Assembly (NCBI RefSeq): GCF_016127575.1
Contig: NZ_CP066019.1
Location: forward strand, 1,560,001 to 1,592,000
Source of the DNA: Cupriavidus necator
GTDB lineage: Bacteria > Pseudomonadota > Gammaproteobacteria > Burkholderiales > Burkholderiaceae
Length of the DNA stretch: 32,000 nucleotides
Direction of reading: 5' to 3'
In this document: positions 25,030 through 32,000 of the stretch, piece after piece
Layout: every line of letters starts with the position of its first letter
Position numbering within the stretch: the stretch's first letter is position 1
Notes under the pieces: generated by a model
The model's database searches: none
What the model was told of the DNA's origin: nothing
What the model saw: the letters and a program-made list of their open reading frames with translations, nothing else
Program-made: the position numbers and the translations under genes

Positions 25030-26370
25030 TTACGCCGCAGCCTGCGCTGGTACCCGTCCCGCAGGCCGTTCGCGGCCCAGGTGCGAGCGCAGCGTGGTAC
25101 CCGCGTACGCAGTGCGGAAGATGCCGCGCCGCTGCAGGATCGGCACCACGCCATCGACGAAGGCCTGCAGCCCGTCGGGCAGCGCATCGGGCATCAGGTT
25201 GAAGCCGTCCGCGGCACCATGGCGGAACCAGTGTTCGATATCGTCGGCCACCTGCTCCGGCGTGCCCACGATCACGCGGTGGCCGCCGCCGCCCGCCAGC
25301 TCGCGGATCAGCGCCCGCACCGTCAGGTTCTGGCGCTGCGCCACCGCCACGGTGGCGCGGAAGAAGGTGTGGTTGCCGTTGGCCGGCAGCGCCAGGTCAT
25401 CTGGCAGCGGCGCGTCCAGGCTCAGCCGTTCCACCGGGATGCCTAGTGTGCCGGCCAGCCGCACCAGGCTGTAGTCCCACGGAATCAGGTCGACCAGCTC
25501 GTCGCGGCGCTGCCGCGCCTGCGCCTCGGTGGCGCCGATGATGGTGGTCAGCCCCGGCAACACCTTGACCGCGTGCGGGCCGCGGCCCAGCGCTTCGGCA
25601 CGTGCGTTGATCTCGCGCTTGTAGGCCAGCGACTCCTCGAACGACTGCGACGCGGAGAACACCGCCTCGGCATGCCGCGCGGCCAGCTCGCGCCCGTCGC
25701 TGGAGCCGCCGGCCTGGAACAGCACCGGATGGCCCTGCGGCGGCCGCGGCAGGTTCAGCGGGCCCTGCACGTCGAAGAAGGTGCCATGGTGCGCCACCGG
25801 CTGCAGCCTGGCGGTATCGACAAAGCGCCCGTCGTGCTTGTCGCCGATCAGGGCATCGTCTTCCCAGCTGTCCCACAGCGCCTTGACAAGATCCGTGAAC
25901 TCGTCGGCACGCGCATAGCGCTGTCCGTGGTCCGGCGGCGCGGCGCGGCCGAAGTTGCGTGCCGAGCCGGCATCCGCCGTGGTCACCACGTTCCAGCCCG
26001 CGCGGCCGCCACTGACATGGTCCAGCGTGGCAAAGCGCCGCGCGATGTTATAGGGCTCGTTGTAGCTGGTGGAGGCCGTGGCCACCAGTCCGATATGGGT
26101 AGTCGCCGCGGCGACGCAGGCCAGCAGCAGGGTCGGCTCCAGCGCCGTGATCGGCCGGAAATGGATCTGGTCGGCGATCGACGCATTGTCGGCCAGGAAG
26201 ATCGCGTCAAACTTCCCCGCTTCAGCGATGCGTGCCAGGCGGATGTAGTGCTGCACGTCCACGAACGCACGCGGGTCGCTGGCGGGCAGGCGCCACGCCG
26301 ACGGCACGAAGCCGGAATGGAGCGCGTTGATATTCAGGTGCAGCTGGCGCTGCGGTGAGCTTGTTGTCAT
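25030..26370 (-). CDS. LLM-class flavin-dependent monooxygenase, NtaA/SnaA/DszA(SoxA) subfamily
   Basis: The 446-aa product begins QLHLNINALHSGFVPSAWRLP, followed by FDAIFLADN. Its length and blocks are typical of the FMNH2-dependent NtaA/DszA group. Confidence 0.88.
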   Translation of the reverse strand: MTTSSPQRQLHLNINALHSGFVPSAWRLPASDPRAFVDVQHYIRLARIAEAGKFDAIFLADNASIADQIHFRPITALEPTLLLACVAAATTHIGLVATASTSYNEPYNIARRFATLDHVSGGRAGWNVVTTADAGSARNFGRAAPPDHGQRYARADEFTDLVKALWDSWEDDALIGDKHDGRFVDTARLQPVAHHGTFFDVQGPLNLPRPPQGHPVLFQAGGSSDGRELAARHAEAVFSASQSFEESLAYKREINARAEALGRGPHAVKVLPGLTTIIGATEAQARQRRDELVDLIPWDYSLVRLAGTLGIPVERLSLDAPLPDDLALPANGNHTFFRATVAVAQRQNLTVRALIRELAGGGGHRVIVGTPEQVADDIEHWFRHGAADGFNLMPDALPDGLQAFVDGVVPILQRRGIFRTAYAGTTLRSHLGRERPAGRVPAQAAA

Positions 26371-26387
26371 CGTTCGTCTCCCGCGGC

Positions 26388-27605
26388 TCAGAACACCCGG
26401 CCTTCGGCCAGGTGCGTGGTGTCGCCGTTCAGGTGGTAGGCGCCGACCACGCGCGCCTTGTGCAGCAGCGGGTTGTGGCTGAAGATCGTGCGCAGGTTGC
26501 GCCAGTGCCGGTCGAAGTTGTGCTGCCTGGCGGTGGCCGAGGCGCCGCCGGCCTCGAACATGCGCTCGGCCACGTGCAGCGCCAGCTTGCTGACCACCAG
26601 CTGGGTCTGCGCGGTGGCCAGCGCGCCGGCCAGGACCAGCGCTTCGGCGTCTTCGGAGCGTGCCAGCAGCGCATCGGCCGAGCGGTCCAGTGCGCGCGCA
26701 TTCTCACGCACGAGTGCGTCGATGGCATGGCTGTGCGCGGCCAGGTCGCCGATCACCTGCTGGATGAAATGGTCTTCGCGTGCCGAGGATGCCGGGCTGT
26801 GCAGCACCGGACGGCCATGCTCGCGCACATAGCGCAAGGCATCGGCCCAGGCATTGCGCACGATCCCCGCCGCCACCGCCACCAGGTGCAGCTGGCGCAG
26901 CGCGCCGCAGTGACGACCGACCAGCGTGCTGTTGGCGCGCCGCGTCACTTCCTCGGCGAGCACCTGCACATCGTCCAGCACCAGGCTGCCGCTGGCGGTC
27001 ATGCGCTGGCCCATGCCGTCCCAGTCGTCAACGACGTTGAAGCCGGGGCGATCGGTCGGGATGATGATCGAGGCATCGGCGCCATCGGCATCCTTTACAT
27101 TGATGCGGGCGTAGTCGGCAAAGGCTGTGCCGGTGGAGTAATACTTCTTGCCGCTCAGGCGGTAGTGCCCGCCGTCGCGCCGCAGCGCCGTGCTGATTTC
27201 ACCGGGACGCGACGTGCCGCGTTCGGTGGAGGCACCGCCGAAGATCGCGCCCCCGACAATGCGCTGCACCTGCAGGTCATTGAACGCCGAGCGCGGCGCC
27301 AGGCGCAGCGACTCGGTCTGGTCGAAGTGGATGCGCAGCGCGTGCGCGACGTTCGATTCCTCCGCGGCAAGCGCGGCAATGACCTCGAACAGGTCGGCCA
27401 GCGAGCCGCCCAAGCCACCCTGCTCCACCGGGAGCCGGAGCACGCCAAGCCCGGACTCGCGAAACAGCGCGAAGGCCTCATAGGGCAGCAGCCGCCGTGC
27501 CTCGCGGGCGGCCGCGTCGACGCCAATCTTCCGCGCCAGCGCCGGCACGGCGTCCAGCGCGGCGCGCAGCGCGTGCCGCGCATCGAAGTCCAACGGGGCA
27601 TTCAT
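26388..27605 (-). CDS. SfnB-family sulfur acquisition oxidoreductase (acyl-CoA dehydrogenase fold)
   Basis: The 405-aa product has an acyl-CoA-dehydrogenase-type architecture. It ends ...FSHNPLLHKARVVGAYHLNGD, as SfnB/DszC-like proteins do. An AGGAAGGAA RBS precedes the ATG at 27605, and it is the first gene of the LLM-metQNI string. Confidence 0.82.
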   Translation of the reverse strand: MNAPLDFDARHALRAALDAVPALARKIGVDAAAREARRLLPYEAFALFRESGLGVLRLPVEQGGLGGSLADLFEVIAALAAEESNVAHALRIHFDQTESLRLAPRSAFNDLQVQRIVGGAIFGGASTERGTSRPGEISTALRRDGGHYRLSGKKYYSTGTAFADYARINVKDADGADASIIIPTDRPGFNVVDDWDGMGQRMTASGSLVLDDVQVLAEEVTRRANSTLVGRHCGALRQLHLVAVAAGIVRNAWADALRYVREHGRPVLHSPASSAREDHFIQQVIGDLAAHSHAIDALVRENARALDRSADALLARSEDAEALVLAGALATAQTQLVVSKLALHVAERMFEAGGASATARQHNFDRHWRNLRTIFSHNPLLHKARVVGAYHLNGDTTHLAEGRVF

Positions 27606-27721
27606 AAAGGATTCCTTCCTTGCGGATGAGCAGGCTCACAAGATAGGGAACCCTGCATCACACGGGAACGAATGAATGCCTATATCGTTATCTACCCAAT
27701 GGACTACAGCCGACTCCGGAA

Positions 27722-27797
27722 TAAGTGCCACTAAGTGCACTCGACTGAAATTGTAGAGATCGCTACAGAGTTGATCCACACTCTACAAGCACTTAGT
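27722..27797. promoter_or_regulatory. nested inverted and direct repeats in the sfnB / chrB divergent control region (candidate operator)
   Basis: TAAGTGC occurs at 27722-27728 and 27732-27738, with an inverted copy GCACTTA at 27789-27795. TTGTAGAG at 27751-27758 is inverted as CTCTACAA at 27781-27788. TGTAG-N6-CTACA lies at 27752-27767. Confidence 0.45.
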
Positions 27798-27799
27798 AT
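27771..27799 (+). promoter_or_regulatory. candidate sigma-70 promoter of chrB (-35 TTGATC, 17-bp spacer, -10 TAGTAT)
   Basis: The -35 hexamer is at 27771-27776 and the -10 hexamer at 27794-27799. The -10 ends 6 nt before the chrB ATG at 27806, and no Shine-Dalgarno sequence lies between them. Confidence 0.4.
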
Positions 27800-27805
27800 C
27801 GGCCC

Positions 27806-28762
27806 ATGGAACCAGCTCCGGAACTGTGGACCCTCCTCGTCATCAGCCTGCCAACCAAGTGCGCCACTGCCCGGATGCGCATCTGGCGGGCCCTCAAGGC
27901 ACTAGGCTGCGCTGCACTGCGCGACGGCGCCTATCTGTTGCCGACGCCAAGCGCGCAAAGCGCTCAACTACGTGACCTGGCCGATGAAGCCATCCAGGAA
28001 GGCGGCCAGGCCTGGCTGCTGAATGTGCGCGCGCATGATCCGGCGGAGGCTCACGCCTACCGGACCCTGTTTGACCGCACGACCGACTACGCCGTCTGGC
28101 TGGCCGCCCTCTCCGAAGACCGCAAGAACTTGTCCGGCCAGGACGAAGCCGGGATCGCCCGCCTTCTGCGCCGGCACGGCCGTGCCTTTGATGCCATCGC
28201 CGGGACCGATTTCTTCCCCAATGACGCATCGGTCAACGCCTCCTTGCAATGGCGGGACTTCACCAGTGCGATCGAAACCCTGCGTTCGCCAGGCGAGCCC
28301 CAGCCTGCAAGCGGCGGCATCCCGCGCCGGGATCCTGCCCAATACCAGGGGCGCGATTGGGCAACGCGGCGCCACCTTTGGGTGGACCGGGTCGCCAGCG
28401 CGTGGCTGATCCAGCGTTTTATCGACCCCCATGCGCGCTTCCTGTGGCTGGAGCATCCCGCGGACTGCCCGCATGACGCGCTGGGTTTCGACTTCGACGG
28501 CGCCGCCTTCACGCATGTGGGCGACAAGGTTTCATTCGAGGTGCTGCTGGCCAGCTTCGGGCTGGACGCCGACCGCGGGCTGGCCCGCCTGGCCAACATG
28601 GTCCACGCCCTGGATATCGGCGGGGCCCAGGCGCCGGAAGCCAGCGGCTTCGAAGCTGTGCTTGCCGGCGCGCGCGAGCGCCTGGCGGATGACGACGCGC
28701 TGCTGGCCGAAATCGGCCGTACCCTCGATTCTCTTTATGTGCATTTTTCCGGAAAGCGATAG
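27806..28762 (+). CDS. chrB: chromate resistance regulatory protein ChrB
   Basis: The N-terminus reads WTLLVISLPTKCATARMRIWRALKALGCAALRDGAYLLP. The C-terminal block reads WATRRHLWVDRVASAWLIQRFIDPHARFLW. Both are typical of ChrB. The 318-aa gene is directly followed by chrA. Confidence 0.85.
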   Translation: MEPAPELWTLLVISLPTKCATARMRIWRALKALGCAALRDGAYLLPTPSAQSAQLRDLADEAIQEGGQAWLLNVRAHDPAEAHAYRTLFDRTTDYAVWLAALSEDRKNLSGQDEAGIARLLRRHGRAFDAIAGTDFFPNDASVNASLQWRDFTSAIETLRSPGEPQPASGGIPRRDPAQYQGRDWATRRHLWVDRVASAWLIQRFIDPHARFLWLEHPADCPHDALGFDFDGAAFTHVGDKVSFEVLLASFGLDADRGLARLANMVHALDIGGAQAPEASGFEAVLAGARERLADDDALLAEIGRTLDSLYVHFSGKR

Positions 28763-28786
28763 CACCATGCCCCTGAGGTCCACGAC

Positions 28787-29989
28787 GTGAGCAACGTCTC
28801 GCAGGCCCCAACCCCTAAGGCCGCGCTCACGGAACGGCCGCGCTACACCCTCTGGCAGCTGGTCGGCTACATGCTGCGCCTGGGTACGCTCGGCTTCGGC
28901 GGTCCGGTGGCGCTGGCTGGCTATATGCATCGCGACCTGGTGGACCGGCGCCAGTGGATCACCGACGCCGACTACAAGGAGGGGCTGGCCCTGGCACAGC
29001 TGGCACCCGGCCCGCTGGCCGCGCAGCTGGCCATCTACCTGGGCTATGTCCACTACCGCATCGCGGGCGCGACGCTGGTCGGGATCGCGTTCGTGCTGCC
29101 GTCATTCCTGATGGTGCTGGCGCTGGGCTGGGCCTATGTGCGCTTTGGCGGCCTGACGTGGATGCAGTCCGTGTTCTACGGCGTCGGGGCCGCGGTGATC
29201 GGCATCATTGCGATCAGTGCGTACAAGCTCACGACCAAGAGCGTGGGCAAAGACCGCCTGTTGTGGGCGATCTACCTGGTGCTTGCCGCGGTCACGGTGG
29301 TCACCGAATCCGAAATCGCGTGGATGTTCCTCGCGGCCGGGCTGCTGGTGTGGTTCTGGCGCGCCCCGCCGAAATGGCTGCGCCAGGGCGGCCTGCATGC
29401 GGCCGCGGCGACACAGCTGCCCCTGGCCGGGGGCGTGGCTGGCACCATTGACTGGCCCCTGTTGGCACAGATCGCCGTGTTCTTTGCCAAGGCGGGCGCA
29501 TTCGTGTTCGGCTCGGGGCTGGCCATTGTGCCGTTCCTGTACGGCGGCGTGGTCACCGACTTCCACTGGCTCAATGAAAAGCAGTTCGTCGATGCCGTGG
29601 CGGTGGCCATGATCACGCCCGGCCCCGTGGTGATCACCGTCGGCTTTATCGGCTACCTGGTGGCCGGCTTGCCCGGCGCGTCGGTTGCGGCGCTGGCCAC
29701 CTTCCTGCCGTGCTACCTGTTCACCGTCCTGCCGGCCCCCTACTTCAAGAAATACGGCAAGCTGCCCGCCATCCTGGCCTTTGTCGATGGCGTGACCGCT
29801 GCCGCGGTGGGGGCCATCACCGGCGCCGTGATCGTGCTGGCCAGGCGTTCGATCGTGGATGTGCCGACGGTACTGCTGGCGCTTTGCACAGTGGCGCTGC
29901 TGCTCAGGTTCAGGAAGCTGCCCGAACCCGTGATCGTGGCCGGCGCGGCGCTGATCGGCCTGGTGATCTATCCGCTCATGCATCATTGA
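28787..29989 (+). CDS. chrA: chromate efflux transporter ChrA (CHR family, long two-domain form)
   Basis: The GTG start at 28787 has GAGG 9 nt upstream. Duplicated CHR halves are visible: LGTLGFGGPVALAGY and LAQLAPGP in the first, GAFVFGSGLAIVPF and AVAMITPGP in the second. Length is 400 aa. Confidence 0.9.
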   Translation: MSNVSQAPTPKAALTERPRYTLWQLVGYMLRLGTLGFGGPVALAGYMHRDLVDRRQWITDADYKEGLALAQLAPGPLAAQLAIYLGYVHYRIAGATLVGIAFVLPSFLMVLALGWAYVRFGGLTWMQSVFYGVGAAVIGIIAISAYKLTTKSVGKDRLLWAIYLVLAAVTVVTESEIAWMFLAAGLLVWFWRAPPKWLRQGGLHAAAATQLPLAGGVAGTIDWPLLAQIAVFFAKAGAFVFGSGLAIVPFLYGGVVTDFHWLNEKQFVDAVAVAMITPGPVVITVGFIGYLVAGLPGASVAALATFLPCYLFTVLPAPYFKKYGKLPAILAFVDGVTAAAVGAITGAVIVLARRSIVDVPTVLLALCTVALLLRFRKLPEPVIVAGAALIGLVIYPLMHH

Positions 29990-30192
29990 CGGGAGCGCCG
30001 CGCCGGGTCCATGAAATCGCTTTGCGAGCTTGGGCGCACAACCGGCCCACTGCCCTGGTGGCCGAAGCCACTTGCGATGGACGGCTTTGGGGAATCTAAT
30101 CCGACGGAGAGGCGTCCCGAGGAGGGTCCCATCGCGCAATGCACAAAATGCGGATCTGAGAACCCCGTGGGCGCCAATTCTTGCCAAACGCC

Positions 30193-31410
30193 ATGCCAGC
30201 CTCCCACTCAGGAACCACCGGCTTCCCCACGATCCTGTTTGGCGCTTTCGATCGCCACAACTTCGGCGACTTGCTGCTGCCGCATGTGATGCGAAGCCTG
30301 ATCGGGCCGGCCAACCCGTTCTACGGGGGCCTGGCCGAGCGCAACCTGAGAATCCATGGCGGCCATCGGGTCCACACCCTGGCGCGGCTTGCAGCCAGCG
30401 TGGGCGACAGCGCCGTCGATGTCATCCATGTGGGTGGCGAAACCCTGACCTGCTCGCTCTGGGAGGCGGCCGTGATGCTGCAGCCTCCCGGGCAGGCCCG
30501 GGCAGTAGTGGCAATGCTCGATGCCCGGCCGCACGAGCGGACGGTCTGGGCCCAGGCGCAGCTGGGCATACGGGACCTTGTCCCCTACCTGTTGCCGGCC
30601 GGCATCTTTGCCAACGTCCGGCGTGTCATTGTCCACGCCGTCGGCGGCATTGAACTTGGATCGGTTGAGCCTGCCATGCGGGCCGAGGTGGTGGCCAAGC
30701 TCGGGGCCGCCACCAGCGTCGGGGTACGAGACCATCAGACCCGGGCCATGCTCGCGGAGAACGGCATTGCCTGCCGCCTGGAGCCCGATCCGGCCGTGCT
30801 GGTGGCCGAGTTGTTCGGCCCCTGCATCCGCCGGCGCGCCCGCCAGGGCGAGTGCGCCCGCATCGTGTCAGGGTTCTCGGGGGGATACCTGGCCGTGCAG
30901 TTCAGCGCGGATTTTGGCGACGACGATACCCTTTCACAGCTGGCGGCCCAGCTCGAACGTATCGCCCGGGCCAGGGCCCTGGGCATGGTGCTGTTTCGCG
31001 CCGGCGCCGCGCCCTGGCACGACGACCTGGCTTGCTACCAGCGCCTGGCGGCACGGCTGCGCGGCACGCCTGTGGTCCTGTTCGAATCGCTCAATCTGTG
31101 GGATATCTGTGCGCTGATTGCGCACAGCCAGGGCTTTGTCGGCAGCAGCCTGCACGGCGGCATTGTCGCCGGCGCCTTTTTCCTGCCACGGCTTGGCCTG
31201 CTCCGGCCCGCACAACCTCCTGGCACCAGCAAGCAGGTCGCCTTTGCCGCGGCCTGGGGCGCGGCCGGGGCGCCGGCCGCGGTGATCGTTCAGGATCTTG
31301 CGGACGGCCTGGACGAAGCGATGGCAACCCGGACCGCGCAGCGCAGGGAACTGGCCTGGGAATGGGCCAAGGCATGCAGGAGCGCATTCCAGCTGGTTCA
31401 GGAGAACTAG
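30193..31410 (+). CDS. polysaccharide pyruvyl transferase family protein (tentative)
   Basis: The product is 405 aa from the ATG at 30193. It has an N-terminal FGAFDRHNFGDLLL, then VIHVGGETL, VGVRDHQTRAMLAENGIACRLEPDPAVL and a C-terminal FVGSSLHGGIVAGAFFLPRLGL. These resemble the G..N.GD / GGG / RD..S...L / PD.A / RLH..I blocks of PS_pyruv_trans proteins. The assignment is from memory of those motifs only. Confidence 0.55.
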   Translation: MPASHSGTTGFPTILFGAFDRHNFGDLLLPHVMRSLIGPANPFYGGLAERNLRIHGGHRVHTLARLAASVGDSAVDVIHVGGETLTCSLWEAAVMLQPPGQARAVVAMLDARPHERTVWAQAQLGIRDLVPYLLPAGIFANVRRVIVHAVGGIELGSVEPAMRAEVVAKLGAATSVGVRDHQTRAMLAENGIACRLEPDPAVLVAELFGPCIRRRARQGECARIVSGFSGGYLAVQFSADFGDDDTLSQLAAQLERIARARALGMVLFRAGAAPWHDDLACYQRLAARLRGTPVVLFESLNLWDICALIAHSQGFVGSSLHGGIVAGAFFLPRLGLLRPAQPPGTSKQVAFAAAWGAAGAPAAVIVQDLADGLDEAMATRTAQRRELAWEWAKACRSAFQLVQEN

Positions 31411-31450
31411 CGCGATCGAAGTGCCCGCCCGAGACGCAAGTCCCCGGTAC

Positions 31451-31478
31451 GAAAAAGCGGGCTTCCGAAGAAGCCCGC
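31451..31478 (-). terminator. rho-independent terminator for the minus-strand MFS gene (possibly bidirectional)
   Basis: The hairpin is GCGGGCTTC-CGAA-GAAGCCCGC at 31457-31478. On the minus strand it is followed by TTTTTC, the complement of 31451-31456. It lies 35 nt downstream of the MFS stop and 47 nt after the plus-strand gene stop. Confidence 0.65.
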
Positions 31479-31512
31479 CCGGTTTGCCGCTAGACGCCTG
31501 TATATCGGCCGG

Positions 31513-32000
31513 TCAGGCTGGAACCTGCGTCCCCGCCGCCGCCGTCTCCTTCGAGAAAAGACTCCTGGAAGTCGCTACATGGCTGGCCAGCACCGGCCGC
31601 AAGACCATGATCGCCAGGAAGGCCGCGCTCAGGTCCATGGCCGCCACCGTGTAGAGGACCGTCGACCAGGTGCCGCTCGCCTCCATCATCAGGTTGCCGA
31701 CCGGCACGAACAGTGCGCCGATGCCCTTGGCCGTGTAGAGCACGCCATAGATCTTGCCGATGTGCTTGGTGCCGAAGGCATCGCCGGCCAGTGCCGAGAA
31801 CAGCGAGTAGACCTCGCCCCAGGCCAGGAACACCACGCCCGACAGGATCAGGAAGGCGTACGGGTTGCTGCCGAAGTAGCCGAGCGCGATGATGCCAAGG
31901 CCTTCCAGGGTGAAGGCGATGACCATGGTCTTCTCACGGCCGATGTTGTCCGAGATCCAGCCGAACAACGGACGCGAGATGCCGTTCATGATCCGGTCCA
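31513..32000 (-). CDS. OFA / oxalate-formate antiporter-type MFS transporter, C-terminal part (gene continues beyond the right edge)
   Basis: The frame stays open upstream of the listed Met (..DRIMNGISRPLFGWISDNIGREKTMVIAF...). The GWISD.IGR loop and the following TM helices resemble OxlT-family proteins. Confidence 0.85.
   Translation of the reverse strand, partial: DRIMNGISRPLFGWISDNIGREKTMVIAFTLEGLGIIALGYFGSNPYAFLILSGVVFLAWGEVYSLFSALAGDAFGTKHIGKIYGVLYTAKGIGALFVPVGNLMMEASGTWSTVLYTVAAMDLSAAFLAIMVLRPVLASHVATSRSLFSKETAAAGTQVPA

Noticed and set aside
1-32000. A search by eye for tRNA or rRNA genes, CRISPR repeats, IS or transposase or integrase genes, and phage or defence-system signatures.
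   Set aside because: I found no regularly spaced direct repeats, no cloverleaf-like or T-loop (GTTCGAATC-type) sequences, and no DDE, tyrosine-recombinase, nuclease or NTPase defence-type ORFs among the translations. The window appears to be metabolic and regulatory accessory chromosome rather than a mobile or immunity island.

Overview
High-GC (about two-thirds G+C) proteobacterial chromosomal segment. The gene content, including a Bug/TctC-type binding protein, a chrBA pair and SfnB/LLM sulfur genes, suggests a Cupriavidus/Ralstonia-like betaproteobacterium; that assignment is inference only. I support about 31 protein-coding genes and found no rRNA, tRNA, CRISPR array, transposase or integrase.

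Gene order:
- A two-component pair on the minus strand: a sigma-54-dependent response regulator plus the N-terminus of a sensor kinase.
- Divergent from it, an OFA-family MFS transporter with a 40-aa single-TM companion.
- A short-Q-loop (CIO-type) cytochrome bd oxidase, cydAB plus a DUF2474 peptide.
- A FUSC / DUF1656 / HlyD (aaeB-X-A-like) efflux set.
- moaA.
- A minus-strand string of a YdeP/FdhF-like molybdoenzyme, fdhD, moeA, a MocR regulator and a small winged-helix protein.
- A LysR regulator divergent from an M20 amidohydrolase and a Bug binding protein.
- A dienelactone hydrolase and an AraC regulator.
- A sulfur-scavenging operon: SfnB-like, LLM monooxygenase, metQ, metN, metI.
- Divergent from that operon, chrB-chrA.
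- An orphan pyruvyl-transferase-like gene.
- The 3' part of a second OFA/oxalate-formate-type MFS gene.

I did not recognise a clear-cut novel multi-gene system such as a defence island. The points most worth a second look are non-coding or contextual:
- A complete sigma-54 enhancer/promoter layout at 1921-2046.
- A 35-nt imperfect inverted repeat pair in the low-GC cydA upstream region.
- A 200-bp divergent control region shared by the sulfur-scavenging operon and chrBA. It has nested inverted repeats and a promoter geometry that predicts a leaderless chrB mRNA.
- A MocR plus mini-wHTH regulator pair.
- A self-contained YdeP-type molybdoenzyme maturation module.
- A MetN ATPase without the NIL regulatory domain.

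All family assignments come from reading motifs in the translations. No database search was run.
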